Of a DNA stretch of 64,000 nucleotides, positions 25,291 through 36,772 are shown in pieces. Every line of letters starts with the position of its first letter. The stretch's first letter is position 1. The stretch lies in assembly GCF_006345805.1 (NCBI RefSeq), contig NC_043008.1:40610001-40674000 (forward strand), in the 5' to 3' direction. The stretch comes from Octopus sinensis (taxonomy: Eukaryota). The notes under the pieces were generated by a model that was given only the letters and a program-made list of their open reading frames with translations, was not told the DNA's origin and made no database searches. A program made the translations under genes and the position numbers.

Positions 25291-26557
25291 ACTGTTCGAC
25301 ACATACGTATATATATATATGTGTGTGTGTGTATGTGTGTGTGTGTGTGTCTGTGTGTGTGTGTGTGTGTCTGTGTCTGTGTCTGTGTCTGAGTGTGTGT
25401 GTGTGTGTGTGAAAGTTAATACACGGACTTTTCTGAGCTTCCGTTTCAAAACCAACCGATTGGTACAAAAATAGTCTCACGTTTGAAATCTCAGGGATCT
25501 CAAATTACGATTTCTATTCTATAATTCGTTTATATGATTATTGGTTTCAAAACATGTTGAAATATCTCAAGATACGTTGTTTCCTAGCAACAAATATATA
25601 TATAAAAGAATTTAATACATTCTTATTTTCGTATCAAATTTTCGTATCAAATAAAATTCATTTTTAGTCAAATGATTTGTAATATTTTTCAGTGATATAT
25701 TTAGTGACAACATACAGGAGATGGCAGAGAGCCAGATCTCTATATCCAACGATTTCTCAACGTCCCAATGTGAATATGAAATTCGTTTTCCTGTTTTGCA
25801 TATGTGCCATGTGCTGGCTAATTGCTTCGTGTGCATATACAGTCGCGAGTAACCGTAAACCGCCTGTTGACTCATCCATTATTCCACCCAGCAGAAAAGT
25901 TTGTCAGAGATGCAGTTTGAATGAGTTGCACCACCCCGTAGTTGATGCACAATTACAATTGGGATATTAGAACCACGAGAAATATAGGGCTTTTCCGCAA
26001 AGACACAACGCACCTTCCAGTGTAGGAAATTCACCACCGACATTATGCACGTTCACACGTTAACGATTGCGATATCTTATTTGCTGCAGAAGTGTAATGC
26101 ATTCTAGGCATACTGGGATTTTCACCAAGCATTTGGCAAAGGAATAGTTATTAAGTTAACAATAATATTCTGGTTTCCCTAAGACATGCGTATTCTATTT
26201 AATATTCCGATCACTCACAATATTGTACATGTTAACTAATGCATCTACATGCTCTGAAATTAAAGAATACATTTCTGGACATGGTAACAAATTATTGAAT
26301 ATAATTCACAGCAACGTGGAACTCGGATATTACTAGTGCGAGATAAATAATACACAGCAATTTTATTCAGCTAATTCAATCACATTACATCCACTCGGAA
26401 GAAACCGAAAATATTGTTTATTTATTTATGTCACAAATGCATAAACCCCGTTTTCGAGAATTCTAGCAAGACGGCACTAAATTTGTTGGTATATAATTCT
26501 GGATATACTAATATTTATATTTGTAAAAGTATATAATATATTGAAGCAATAATAGTT

Positions 26558-26757
26558 ATTTCTACTCCAGGTACAAGGTCTTGGAACTTTTTGGGGGAAG
26601 GAGGCTAGTCGATTACATCGTCCACAGTACGTAACTGGTACGTATTTTATCGACCCCAGTACTTAACTGGTACTTATTTCTACGACCCCGAAAGGATGGA
26701 AGGTGAGGTTGACCTCGGCGGAATTTGAACTCAGAACGCAGCGACAGACGAAATACT
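26558..26757 (-). mobile_element. SINE family A with internal ~32-bp duplication
   Basis: GATTACATCG..CAGTAC.TAACTGGTAC.TATT..TCGACCCC occurs twice, followed by GAAAGGATG..GACCTCGGCGGAATTTGAACTCAGAAC. Confidence 0.85.
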
Positions 26758-27018
26758 TATTTCTTTACTACCCACAAGGGACTAAACGCAGAAGAGACAA
26801 GTCAAACGGATTAAGTTGATTACAGCCAAACGGATTAAGTTGATTACAGTCAAACGGATTAAGTTGATTACATCGATCCCAGTGCGTAACTGGTACTTAA
26901 TTAATCGACCCCGAAAGGATGTCAAAGCAAAGTCGAATTTGAACTCAGAACGTAACGACAGACGAAATACTGCTAAGCATTTCGCCCGGCATGTTTACGA
27001 ATCTATCAGCTGACCGCC
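26758..27018 (-). mobile_element. SINE family A variant with 3x 24-bp internal repeat
   Basis: Family A head (GCTAAGCATTTCGCCCGG) with an alternative tail TTCTTTACTACCCACAAGG. Confidence 0.85.
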
Positions 27019-27047
27019 TTATTGAAACAATAATAATGATTCGTAAT

Positions 27048-27119
<72 letters not shown>

Positions 27120-27872
27120 AGGTTATATACTTAGTCAATGCTTCATTACGCTGACTAGTAGGTAATTTGTTCGGCTCAGATCCTAATGTCGTCGATTTAA
27201 TTCTTGAACAATGTGAGACATAGGGTCCTTGAGCAAGGCGATTCATGTAACGACACTGCAGTCTATGTATCTCGATCGAATGCTGATGCACTGCTAGTGC
27301 TCTCAAACTTACCCAAACTATACGTGGCTATCTTTTAAAATGAAAGAGAGTCGACAAGTTCACAATTTCAGCTCCCATCGACATATTCATCTAAAACAAT
27401 GAATTAAATTATGGTATATATATTACCAACTCATTCCCGTTTTTGCGGTGACAGCTAAATTAAACGATTTAGCTCCCAAATTATATATCACTCTAATTCA
27501 ACATTTCCCATTATCATTATATTTGTTAATGGTCTGTAAATTTCAGCACAGATTCGAATAATATAAACTTAGTGTTACTAATTAAAAGAAAATACTGCAT
27601 TAGCGACTTAGCTATCACTGCTATATTTATATCGTTTTCGATTAAATATTTATATCAAGATAAATTTTAATCTGTATTCATGCAACCTAAAAGCAACATA
27701 CTATGAAGCGAGTATTTAAATATGTGATGTTAACTTCGGTTTGTATCACATTATATTATAAAATAAACACTACTGCATATACGAACCTACCCCGTATTGT
27801 GAAATGTATTAACTATTGTTTTTCAGTACATTGTGTGAAAGACTGCAATATATTAAATATTGCTGTAAACCA

Positions 27873-28208
27873 GTGAAGGCGCGTGGCTCAGTGGTTAGAG
27901 CGTCGAGCTTACGATCGTGAGGTTGTGAGCTCGAATCCCGGACCGGGCTGCGTGTTGTGTTCTTGAACAAGACACTTTATTTCACGTTGCTCCAGTTCAC
28001 TCAGCTGTAGAAATGAGTTGCGACGTCACAGGTGCCAAGCTGTATCGGCCCTTGCCTTTGCCTTGGACAACATCGGTGACGTGAAGAGGGGAGGCCGGTA
28101 TGCATGGGCGACTGCAGGTCTTCCATAAAACAACCTTGCCCAGACTTGTGCCTTAGAGGGTAACTCTCTAGGTGCAAACCCATGGTCAGTGTCTGACCGA
28201 AGGGGGTC
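27873..28208 (+). mobile_element. tRNA-derived SINE, family D
   Basis: Head GAAGGCGCGTGGCTCAGTGGTTAGAGCG with B-box; close inverted match to 43376-43714. Confidence 0.92.
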
Positions 28209-28823
28209 ACCACCGCTGTAAACCAACAATTCTGTTCTGTTTGAAATGCGGATAAAATATCTAAATACCACCGTATTGTGTTATGGCATTATGATATTAC
28301 ATACTACATCCTCAATAATCGTATAAAATGTAAATATTTTCTGCAATTATAGCTGTGCTATATCATGTAACACATTCGTTACTATATTTCCTAACGGAAG
28401 TATAGTGTATAATGATGCTAAGACGTTAGTTTCGGACTTTTTCATGACTTCGCCATGTTAGAAAACATATTGAAAACTGGGAGCTATCTAGGTATACGGA
28501 TAACATATTAATGTATAACCTGAGCAAAAGTGTGGCATTTTCTAAATATACTTGCAAATATTACTGAAGAACACGTAATCGCATACTTGACGCCATTGAT
28601 CTAATAATGAATACCTCAAGTAAAATCAATCATAAATGTACAAAATAAATGTGGCAATGAAAATTATTTCAGTTAACAAGGAAATGTTGCGATTCAATCT
28701 ATGCACAAATTTATTTAAGGGTAATTGATAAAGAATTGTGTTCGGAGTCGACATGTGTCCTTGATGAAATTCTTGATTTCTTGTTGGTCAGTTCCGCTAG
28801 AAATAAGTACCAGTTTGAAATAA

Positions 28824-29131
28824 TAAACGTCGCCCTTATCAAGCCTAGCCAGGCTCATGAGCCCGGTTTCCCGCTTTCTATGGCGTATGTTTTCCACCCA
28901 GCTGGACGGGACGCCAGTCCATCGCAGCGTAACTCAAGAAACAGGAAGAGAGAGTGAGGGAAAATTGTGCTGAAAGAGTACAACAGGAGTCGCTATCACC
29001 CCCTGCCGGAGACTCGTGGAGCTATTAGGTGTTTTCGCTCAATAGACACACACAACGCCTAGTCTGGGCATCGAAACCGCGATCCTTCGACCGCGAATCC
29101 ACTGCCCTAACCACTGGGCCATTGCGCCTCC
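28824..29131 (-). mobile_element. SINE family B head joined to the family C-type tail (B3)
   Basis: Minus head GGAGGCGCAATGGCCCAGTGG; the tail CTGCGATGGACTGGCGTCCCGTCC..CATAGAAAGCGGGAAACCGGGCTCATGAGCCTGGCTAGGCTT matches 22845-22940. Confidence 0.88.
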
Positions 29132-31131
29132 GACCAGTTGGAAATATGTGTCGACAATTTGACTTGTTACTACTGTCGTCAGGTTCCTGCTCTACATAGT
29201 GGGAATAAGGTGCCTTCTCGGTGAAAACTTAAGACACAATACAGCAATATATGTTTCAATGTATATAACATTACACATGTGTGTGTGTGTGTGTGTGTGT
29301 GTGTTTGTGTGTGTGTGTCTGTGTGTGTATGTGTATCTGTGTGTGTGCCTGTGTGCGCAATGATAGATGTGTAAGCACGAGAACATTATGAGCGATAAGT
29401 GGTTTGTAAAGTCTATTCATATCTCGTTTGTCAGCTTTGGCTAAGCTTGACTTTATCGAAATATACCGCCAAATACTTGCGGCAAATTATCTAATGCGCT
29501 ATTCACATTAAGTGTCTAGGACTCGCTGTTCTTATTAATGGATTAATGAAGGCCAAATCCAAGACAACAGTACGCTGAAAAATATTGTAAATAATAGCTA
29601 TGAACAGTTGACAAAAGTAAAAGATGTAATTTACAATTGCTATAATTTAATAGTAAATCAGCAGAATGTAAGCATTTCGTCAATATATTTGATTTGTTTT
29701 CTTTTGTGTTTCCTTAAGTTTTTGGGGTTTTTTTGGATGCTTCTCAGGTTAATTTTTGAAAAATCCCTTTAATAATAAGTCTGCATACAAAAATGGCCAG
29801 TGAAATTCCAAAGTATTTAACTGTACCTTGAGCCCATTTGGGACCATAGCTTTCTTGACATTATCCATCGTGTTAATATGCACTCTCCAATCTATTTGTT
29901 GGATTATGTAAATATTTCATACACACGTTCAAATACCTGTTCACGCTTCTTTCAGACCAACACATTTTTGAGCAATTTTTTTTTTTCAATATCCTAAATT
30001 ATAATGCCTTCTAACAATAACAGTTCAGGTACAATACAAATATGTCTGCACTATTTTTGTGACATGAATAGCTACTAGCAATAAATGCTAGACAGCAGGG
30101 ATCCAACTATATCAAGACAATGATTGCTCAATGTTTCTGAAATGTAGCGCAAAAAAAAGTTGTTAGTATCTATGCTATCAAATTGCTATGAAGACAATTT
30201 CTGCTAGTAGATGCAGAATTGCTTAATGATATATTATTGCAATCTGAGTTCGTTGAGAACATTTTTATTGTATATTTTATTCTTCAATCAGCGCATGATT
30301 TTTTCTTTTTTTGTTTTACACTTCATGTATGCGGTTTTCGAAGTATATTGTCATTCATTACATAAATATTATCATTCATTACATAAATAAATATTTATAT
30401 GAAAAGGTTTCTATTATTCTATGGCAACATGCCTATTACTGAATATTTTTGGCGAGAATCACTCATCATATCTTCGATAACTTCGATGCTTCGTTGAGGA
30501 GTTTTACTATAACCAAGTTGTTCCAAAGTTTTCGAAAGAATAATTTTCGCGTAACTTAACAAGTAATATTGTATTAGTTCCTGCCTAGCTTTTGTTAAAA
30601 TTTTGTCACTAAAATAATTGTTCATAATGTAGGTATTTTCTACTGGAAATCGCAAAATCATATTTTCCTATAAGAAGAATATGATGAGTAATTTCCACGA
30701 GTCTCTAGCAAGGGCTCATGTAATGAAATATACCCATAAGTGTCTCCTATAACAGATGAGAGTGAAGTAGCCACTTCATAGCTAAAGTTCTGTATCTAAT
30801 GCTTATTTTTAATTTTTCTTGTTTTCGTGATCCCTTTCTTAAAAACAAGGTCAATACAAATTGAAATACATATATATCTAAAATTAAATGTAAAATATAT
30901 ATGATGGCGAACTCAGCGTGGAAGGAAACCACATGTCGAGCAAAATGGCAAAAGCTCGCTCGATCTCGATTTTCTTTTTATGCAATTGACTAATATCAGC
31001 AAATATCCGAACCGTCATATTTTCCACACCCCATAGCAAGTTCACACTTTTTGCTGATTTTCCTAAATAATGCTCATTATCCCGACGCAGACGAACACAG
31101 TGTCTTTGTCATATGTTTAATCGGATGGGGT

Positions 31132-31506
31132 GGAGGTGTAATGGCCCAGTTTTTAGGGCAACTGACTCGCCGTCGTAGTATCGCGGTTTCGATTCCCAGA
31201 CCGGGTGTTGTGGGTGTTTATTGAGCGAAAACAGCTAAAGCTATACGAAGCTCTGGCAGGGGTGTTGTCGAACCCGGCTGTACTCTTTCACCACAACTTT
31301 CTCACACTCTTTCTTCCTGTTTCTGTTGCACCTGTATTTCAAAGAGCCAACCTTGACACTCTCTCTGTCACGCTGAATCTCCCTGCGAACTACGTTAAGG
31401 ATACACGTGCCTGTGGGGTGCTCAACCACTTACACGTTAATTTCACGATCAGGCTGTTCCATTGATCAGAGCAACTGGAACCCACGTTGTCATAACCGAC
31501 GGAGTG
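31132..31506 (+). mobile_element. SINE family B, tail B2
   Basis: Collinear with 15054-15429. Confidence 0.9.
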
Positions 31507-32179
31507 ATATAGATCGGACGGGGTCGCACGCACACACACACACACACACAAACAACACACACACAGATGCACACACACACTTACATACATACATGCACGC
31601 ATACATTCATTCATGCGTGTAAAGAGCTGGGCAAATTTAATTTTACTAACGTTGACATTTGGTGTTAATTGGCTTAAAACGGGATCTAGATGCCTTACTC
31701 CACGGATCAAGTTATCCGTTTGTATTGTTGCATACCCGATATATGTCGGCTATACAGCAAGAGTACCAGGTGATTGATTCTATGTTGTAAAACCAAATGC
31801 AGTTGATATGAATATGAATGAAGAATTCATAAAACATAGACAATGAGATTTCTTACTATTCACAATGATATATAAATTGGATGGTGATGGATATGTAACT
31901 GAAATTGAATAGTCCGTATCGCATGTATAGAGGAGTTAATGCGGGGCGATAAAAACAAGAAGAACAGCCTGTGCTGCATCGGGTTTTCCTTAGACAGTCA
32001 TTCGTCCTGCAAGACACTAAAATAAGTTTCCACCTGGAGAGAAAAGGGACCTTTTTTCCTAGTTCTATCCTTAACCAACAGATTATTCGTGGGAAAACTT
32101 TCTTCGCTTCAGTATAGTCTAGGTTCTGCAGATTTCAGCCACTATAAATGTTCCAACCCCGCAAAATATTTTATTTATT

Positions 32180-32578
32180 CTTTTATTCTTTTATCCTTTT
32201 ATCTGTTTCATTCATTAGTCAGCGGCTATGCTGGGGCTTTCCTTCACGAATTCTTTGTCGAAGGAATCAGCACCAGTCCTCTTTTTTAAAGTGCTCTTTC
32301 TTTAAATCTTAGTTATTATTCTATCAGTTCCTTTTTTGCCGAACCGTTAGATTACGTTAACAAACCAACTCCGGTTGTCAACCGATGATGGGGAAAAACA
32401 CACACACAAACAAATACACACACATACATACTTTTCCGTCTACCAAATTAACCCATAGTTCATTGGTCAGTCCAAGATTATAGAAGAAAACACTTGCCCA
32501 AGGCGTCACACTGTGGGACTGAACCCAGAACCATGCGGTTAGAAAGCAAGCTTCTTAGCAGACAACCATGCCTGCACC
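32180..32578 (-). mobile_element. SINE family E, near full length, diverged
   Basis: Collinear with 49651-50046 (GCCGAACCG, CCGGTTGTC, ACACTTGCCCAAGG, GGGACTGAACCC). Confidence 0.8.
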
Positions 32579-32989
32579 TACTCCTAGCAGATCGGGAGAT
32601 TGTACATCGCCCAGGTTCTGTTGTTGTATGGGTAAACAGAAGCGTTTCACTGTCTTTGTTTTGAATTCTTACTTAAACATCGACGAGGAACTCTTTTCAG
32701 AATTTATTTACATAGGATACACCATCTGAGTCAAGTTATATTTATGTTATTAATCATTATCTCCATTTACTCGGCATTTACGTTATCTATTGATATTTCT
32801 CAGTGTCATTGTATCGTCTCAGTTTGATGTATATATTTCAACTGATGAAGTAATATTGTTGTTTGTGTCTAATTTCACCCAGTTTCTTAAAGTAACATTA
32901 TTCATTCTTATTCTTACTCGTATTATTGTTTCCTCAGATATTAAATGCAATTTACTTTAATTATTACATGTTTTACATTTACATTTCTG

Positions 32990-33038
32990 TAATTAGAATA
33001 ACCTGTACGCAGACTTTCCTTATAATTTACAACATTTA

Positions 33039-33092
<54 letters not shown>

Positions 33093-34140
33093 TAGTGTAA
33101 GTCATAATTGAAACATTCGTGCACACTGACACTTGGGAAGTCTCTCCACTGCATGATTCCGTCAGGGAGTAATTTTTCCTTCTGAAAAGCTTGTGACAAC
33201 CATTTAGCCTGCAGAAAATGTTGTTGGATCCTACAACACATTCGATTCTGCACTGGAAGTCCCGTATCTGGATTATTCCCTTGCAGGAAAGAAAAACTCT
33301 TCCGAGGTTGAAGCTGGATCAGCATCTCGTTCGTTTCTCTCCGTGACGTACCTGCCACAATTTTATAGTCTGTGTTTCTACACATATTCCTGGCATTCAC
33401 CTGCAACTCTTCATACTTATCCCGATCTGATTTCAGAAAGTTTTTCAGAGAAACATCTACATCCAACCACTTTATTCAGATCAAGTTTCAACCCATTGGG
33501 AAGCTTTATTTGTATTGTTAAACGTACAACAATTAAATCCCAAATCTTAGCCATTAAAGAAGTTTCAAGACCGTACAGTCTGTTTGCCAATGTCTCTTAT
33601 TCAATTCGTGCATCAGGTGTCTGTACAAAATGTGATGTTGAATCGAAAGAAACTGACAAATACCTGGAAGTTTTAAGTTGTAATTCAATAGTATTCTGAA
33701 CAGATTGTGTCATCAATAGACAATTTCTTTGCAGATGATAGTTAGAAGTACAACTGCTAAACATTTCCGCTATAGTCAAATATTTTTAAATGACACACTA
33801 GAAATGGATCAAGTTGTGAAATGACATGTTCCACAATTGCCAAATAATTTCCATTGTGCTTAGATCCTATGATGTTTTCACTAACACGAAACTCCAAGCC
33901 TCTATCAGCTTGAAATATTGTCACGGCCACAACACAGCGCAATATTTATTTGCATTTCTGCTCGTCTATATTCCAATTTTGATATTAACATGAGAACATT
34001 CGCTACATATGATACTGACCTGCAACACAGAATTCCTTTTAGCTTCGCTTTGTTCATGTGTTTTCAATTTCAGTTCTGCATTTTTCCAATTATCAATAAA
34101 AAATTCCTTGTTAGAAAGCCTGTCACAGCATCTTGACATC
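32990..34140 (-). mobile_element. hAT (Tip100/Zaphod-like) transposase pseudogene, internally deleted
   Basis: CVVAVTIFQADRGLEFR..ENIIGSKHNGNYL.IVE..SQLDPFL (DUF4371-like), ELQLKTSRYLSVSFDST (first catalytic D region) and LKSDRDKYEELQVNARNMC..DYK. A (TA)n interrupts it at 33040-33090. Confidence 0.8.
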
Positions 34141-34446
34141 AAAACACATTAAAAGCAATAAACTGCACTTATTTCATGAGCTCTACATAAAACGATCTCA
34201 AATGTTGCTTACCATTCTTACGAATAGTATAAAACAATGAATTTTAATGATAGTGTTCATCCAGTTTGCCTTCAACAATTTTATAATAGCCCCAAGATTG
34301 TGTGTAAGAGAATTTTTGGCATAGATGATTTTGAGTGAAATAGCGTGAGCATATTCTTTTGTTCGGACAGAAAATCATATCGCTCGCTCTAGATTCCGAA
34401 ACGGAGCTACACTAGCCATGTAAGTAGGATGCGCTGCTTCATCTTC

Positions 34447-34645
34447 ACCACTTTCATTTGAAGTAAAGCGGTGAGCTGGCAGAGTCGTAAGCACGCTGTG
34501 AAAAATGCCAAGAAGCATTCCGTCCTTCTTCACGTGCTGAGTTCATGTAGTGCAGATATTCGACTTTGCCTTTTATTATTTCATGGTAGATAAAATAATT
34601 ACCAGCACTGGTGTTGATCTAATCGACTTAGCTCCACATCCGAAA
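34447..34645 (+). mobile_element. SINE family A, diverged
   Basis: AAGCGGTGAGCTGGCAGAGTCG..CGACTTTGCCTTT..GATCTAATCGACT..TTGTGCC. Confidence 0.75.
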
Positions 34646-35674
34646 TTCTTGAACTTGTGCCAAAATGTGGATCCGATATCTTACGGTCATAGGTTACTCT
34701 TATTTGTTGCAGATATACTTCAGATTGTACTTCTTGTTTCATAAAAGTGACATTTGTTACTGACTCTTCTTTTTAAGTTTTTCTTTTACTAAACGAAGAA
34801 AAATTCTGCAAGACGTCTTGTGTTTGCCAATACAGAAGCATTTTCATACCTGTTTCTACAGACAGTTTTCTGGAGACAGCTAAACATACCGCGATAATTC
34901 GCTTCAGAATATATAATGTGCATAAAAGCAATGAGAAAATAATCTCAAAAGTAAAAGAAAACAAGATCTGATAACAACCTTGTAAACTCATTTCGTTTAA
35001 TCCAGTCAGAGACATACTAATCCAGGCGGTTTACACATAACTTTATTGGTCTAACGTCTGGCAGATAACGAAGCTCACAGTGAAAGTAAATAAAATGTTA
35101 ACAGAAAAGAGTTGAAGCGATTAACAGCAAACCAAAGATTGCAGGTTAAGAATTTTGTTTCCATTAACTCACTTTTCTTCAAATTACTTTTCCCTTTCAT
35201 AGGGCACTTGAAGAGCTTCAGAAAATGATAGGTTTGAAATTGTGTAATTCATGGATCCCTCGCAACTTCAAACGATCATATAACGATTATTGAACTTGCA
35301 ACTCTACTTATACTTTTGTCAATACAAATGGCGTCTGCAGATGTAATGAAATCTTTTTGAAAAAACAAAACTTGTGATATATTTTGAAAGTGTTGGTATG
35401 TCTGATTCCCTTGAGGTTATTTTATTATTTTATTTTAATGGTAAATCTCTTGTTCTTTTCCATCCACTAATTTACGAACAGCAGCTTAACAGTTAATGTC
35501 TAATAGGGACAACTTAAATTTGGTGACTCTTTACAAATAACAGTCAGAGGTACCAAATCACTATCATCACTGAATACATTTGCGTAAGTAATACGAAAAT
35601 ATCAATAGCAACAAATTGGTGGGCCAGTATCTGGGGTGGGGGTGATTGATAGAAAATCCGTGTAAAGTGTTCGA

Positions 35675-36365
35675 GGAACTGAAATGACGAAGAAAGGAAA
35701 AAAAGGAAGGAAGAAAGAAAGAGAGAGAAGGAAGAAAAAGAAGGAATAACAATAGAGAAAATGAAGAAAGGAAGGAAGGAAAGAAAGAAGGAAAGAAAGA
35801 AAGAAGAAGGAAGGAAGGAAAGAAGGTAGGAAGGAAGGAAGAAAGAAAGAAGGAAGGAAAACAAAAAGAAAAAAGAAAGGAAGGAAGAAAGAAAGAAGGA
35901 AAGAAGGAAAGAAAGAAGGAAAGAAGAAAAGAAAGAAACTAAAGAAGGAAGGAAAACAAAAAGAAAAAAGAAAGGAAGGAAGAAAGAAGGAAGGGAGGAA
36001 GAAGGAAGGAAAGAAGGTAGGAAGGAAGGAAAGAATGAACGAAGGAAGGAAAGGAAGGCGGAAGGTAAAGAAGAAGGAAGGAAGGAAGAAAGAAAGAAGG
36101 AAGGTAAGAACGAAGGATGATGAGGAAAAAAGAAGGAAGAAAAGAAGGAAGGAAAGAAAGAAAGAAGGAAAGAAGGAAAGAAAGAAGGAAAGAAGAAAAG
36201 AAAGAAACTAAAGAAGGAAGGAAAACAAAAAGAAAAAAGAAAGGAAGGAAGAAAGAAAGGAAGGGAGGAAGAAGGAAGGAAAGAAGGTAGGAAGGAAGGA
36301 AAGAATGAACGAAGGAAGGAAAGGAAGGCGGAAGATAAAGAAGAAAGGAAGGAAGGAAAGGGAAA
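35675..36365. repeat. Polypurine (GAAG/GAAA)n tract with ~270-bp internal duplication
   Basis: Directly visible; the marker motifs GAAACTAAAG, GAATGAACG and GGAAGGCGGAAG recur at a spacing of 269-270. Confidence 0.95.
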
Positions 36366-36504
36366 GTTTGCTTTAATGAAATACAAAAATTGTGACAAAT
36401 TATATTCCAAATTTGAAAGGAAAACTTATTCTTATGTTTCTCATGGATAAGGAAAAAACAAAATTAAAAATTAAAACTAAAAACAAAAAGAAAAGAAATA
36501 AAAT

Positions 36505-36772
36505 TCTGCCTCTGAGAAGTTATCGCCAAACATTTTGCAAATTTGATGCAGATTCTGTGTTGAACTTTCTCTCTCTATCCAATGCGACGATCACACACTA
36601 CACACCTTCTTTCCAAGCATTGCTGTAAAAGGTAGAAGACAGCTAGATTGTTAAAACTAAGTGCGCATGCTCTGCAGAGCTTCGGGTCAATTTATGCCAA
36701 GCGGCTTCACTCTACGCACTTTACCTTTGTTACTACGGTGACATTTCTGAGACTTGTTGATCAGACCTCGTA
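36505..36772 (-). mobile_element. Mariner 5' end (TIR, 5' UTR, start of transposase)
   Basis: Minus strand begins TA|CGAGGTCTGATCAA (TA target plus TIR-like end), then the 5' UTR, then ..EKVQHRICIKF, matching the mariner N-terminal EQRICIKFC. Confidence 0.75.

Noticed and set aside
25690-26340. GC-richer segment suggestive of piggyBac, Helitron or GPCR fragments
   Set aside because: None of the frames gave a diagnostic motif; left unannotated.
26803-26872. CRISPR-like short direct repeats (also 43816-43876)
   Set aside because: The units are contiguous with no unique spacers, there are no cas genes, and the context is eukaryotic.
35544-36410. 288-aa F/L/S/P-rich ORF
   Set aside because: It is the antisense translation of the polypurine repeat.
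36655-36675. TGCGCATGC NRF1-like promoter motif
   Set aside because: It lies within the mariner 5' UTR remnant, not a demonstrable host promoter.
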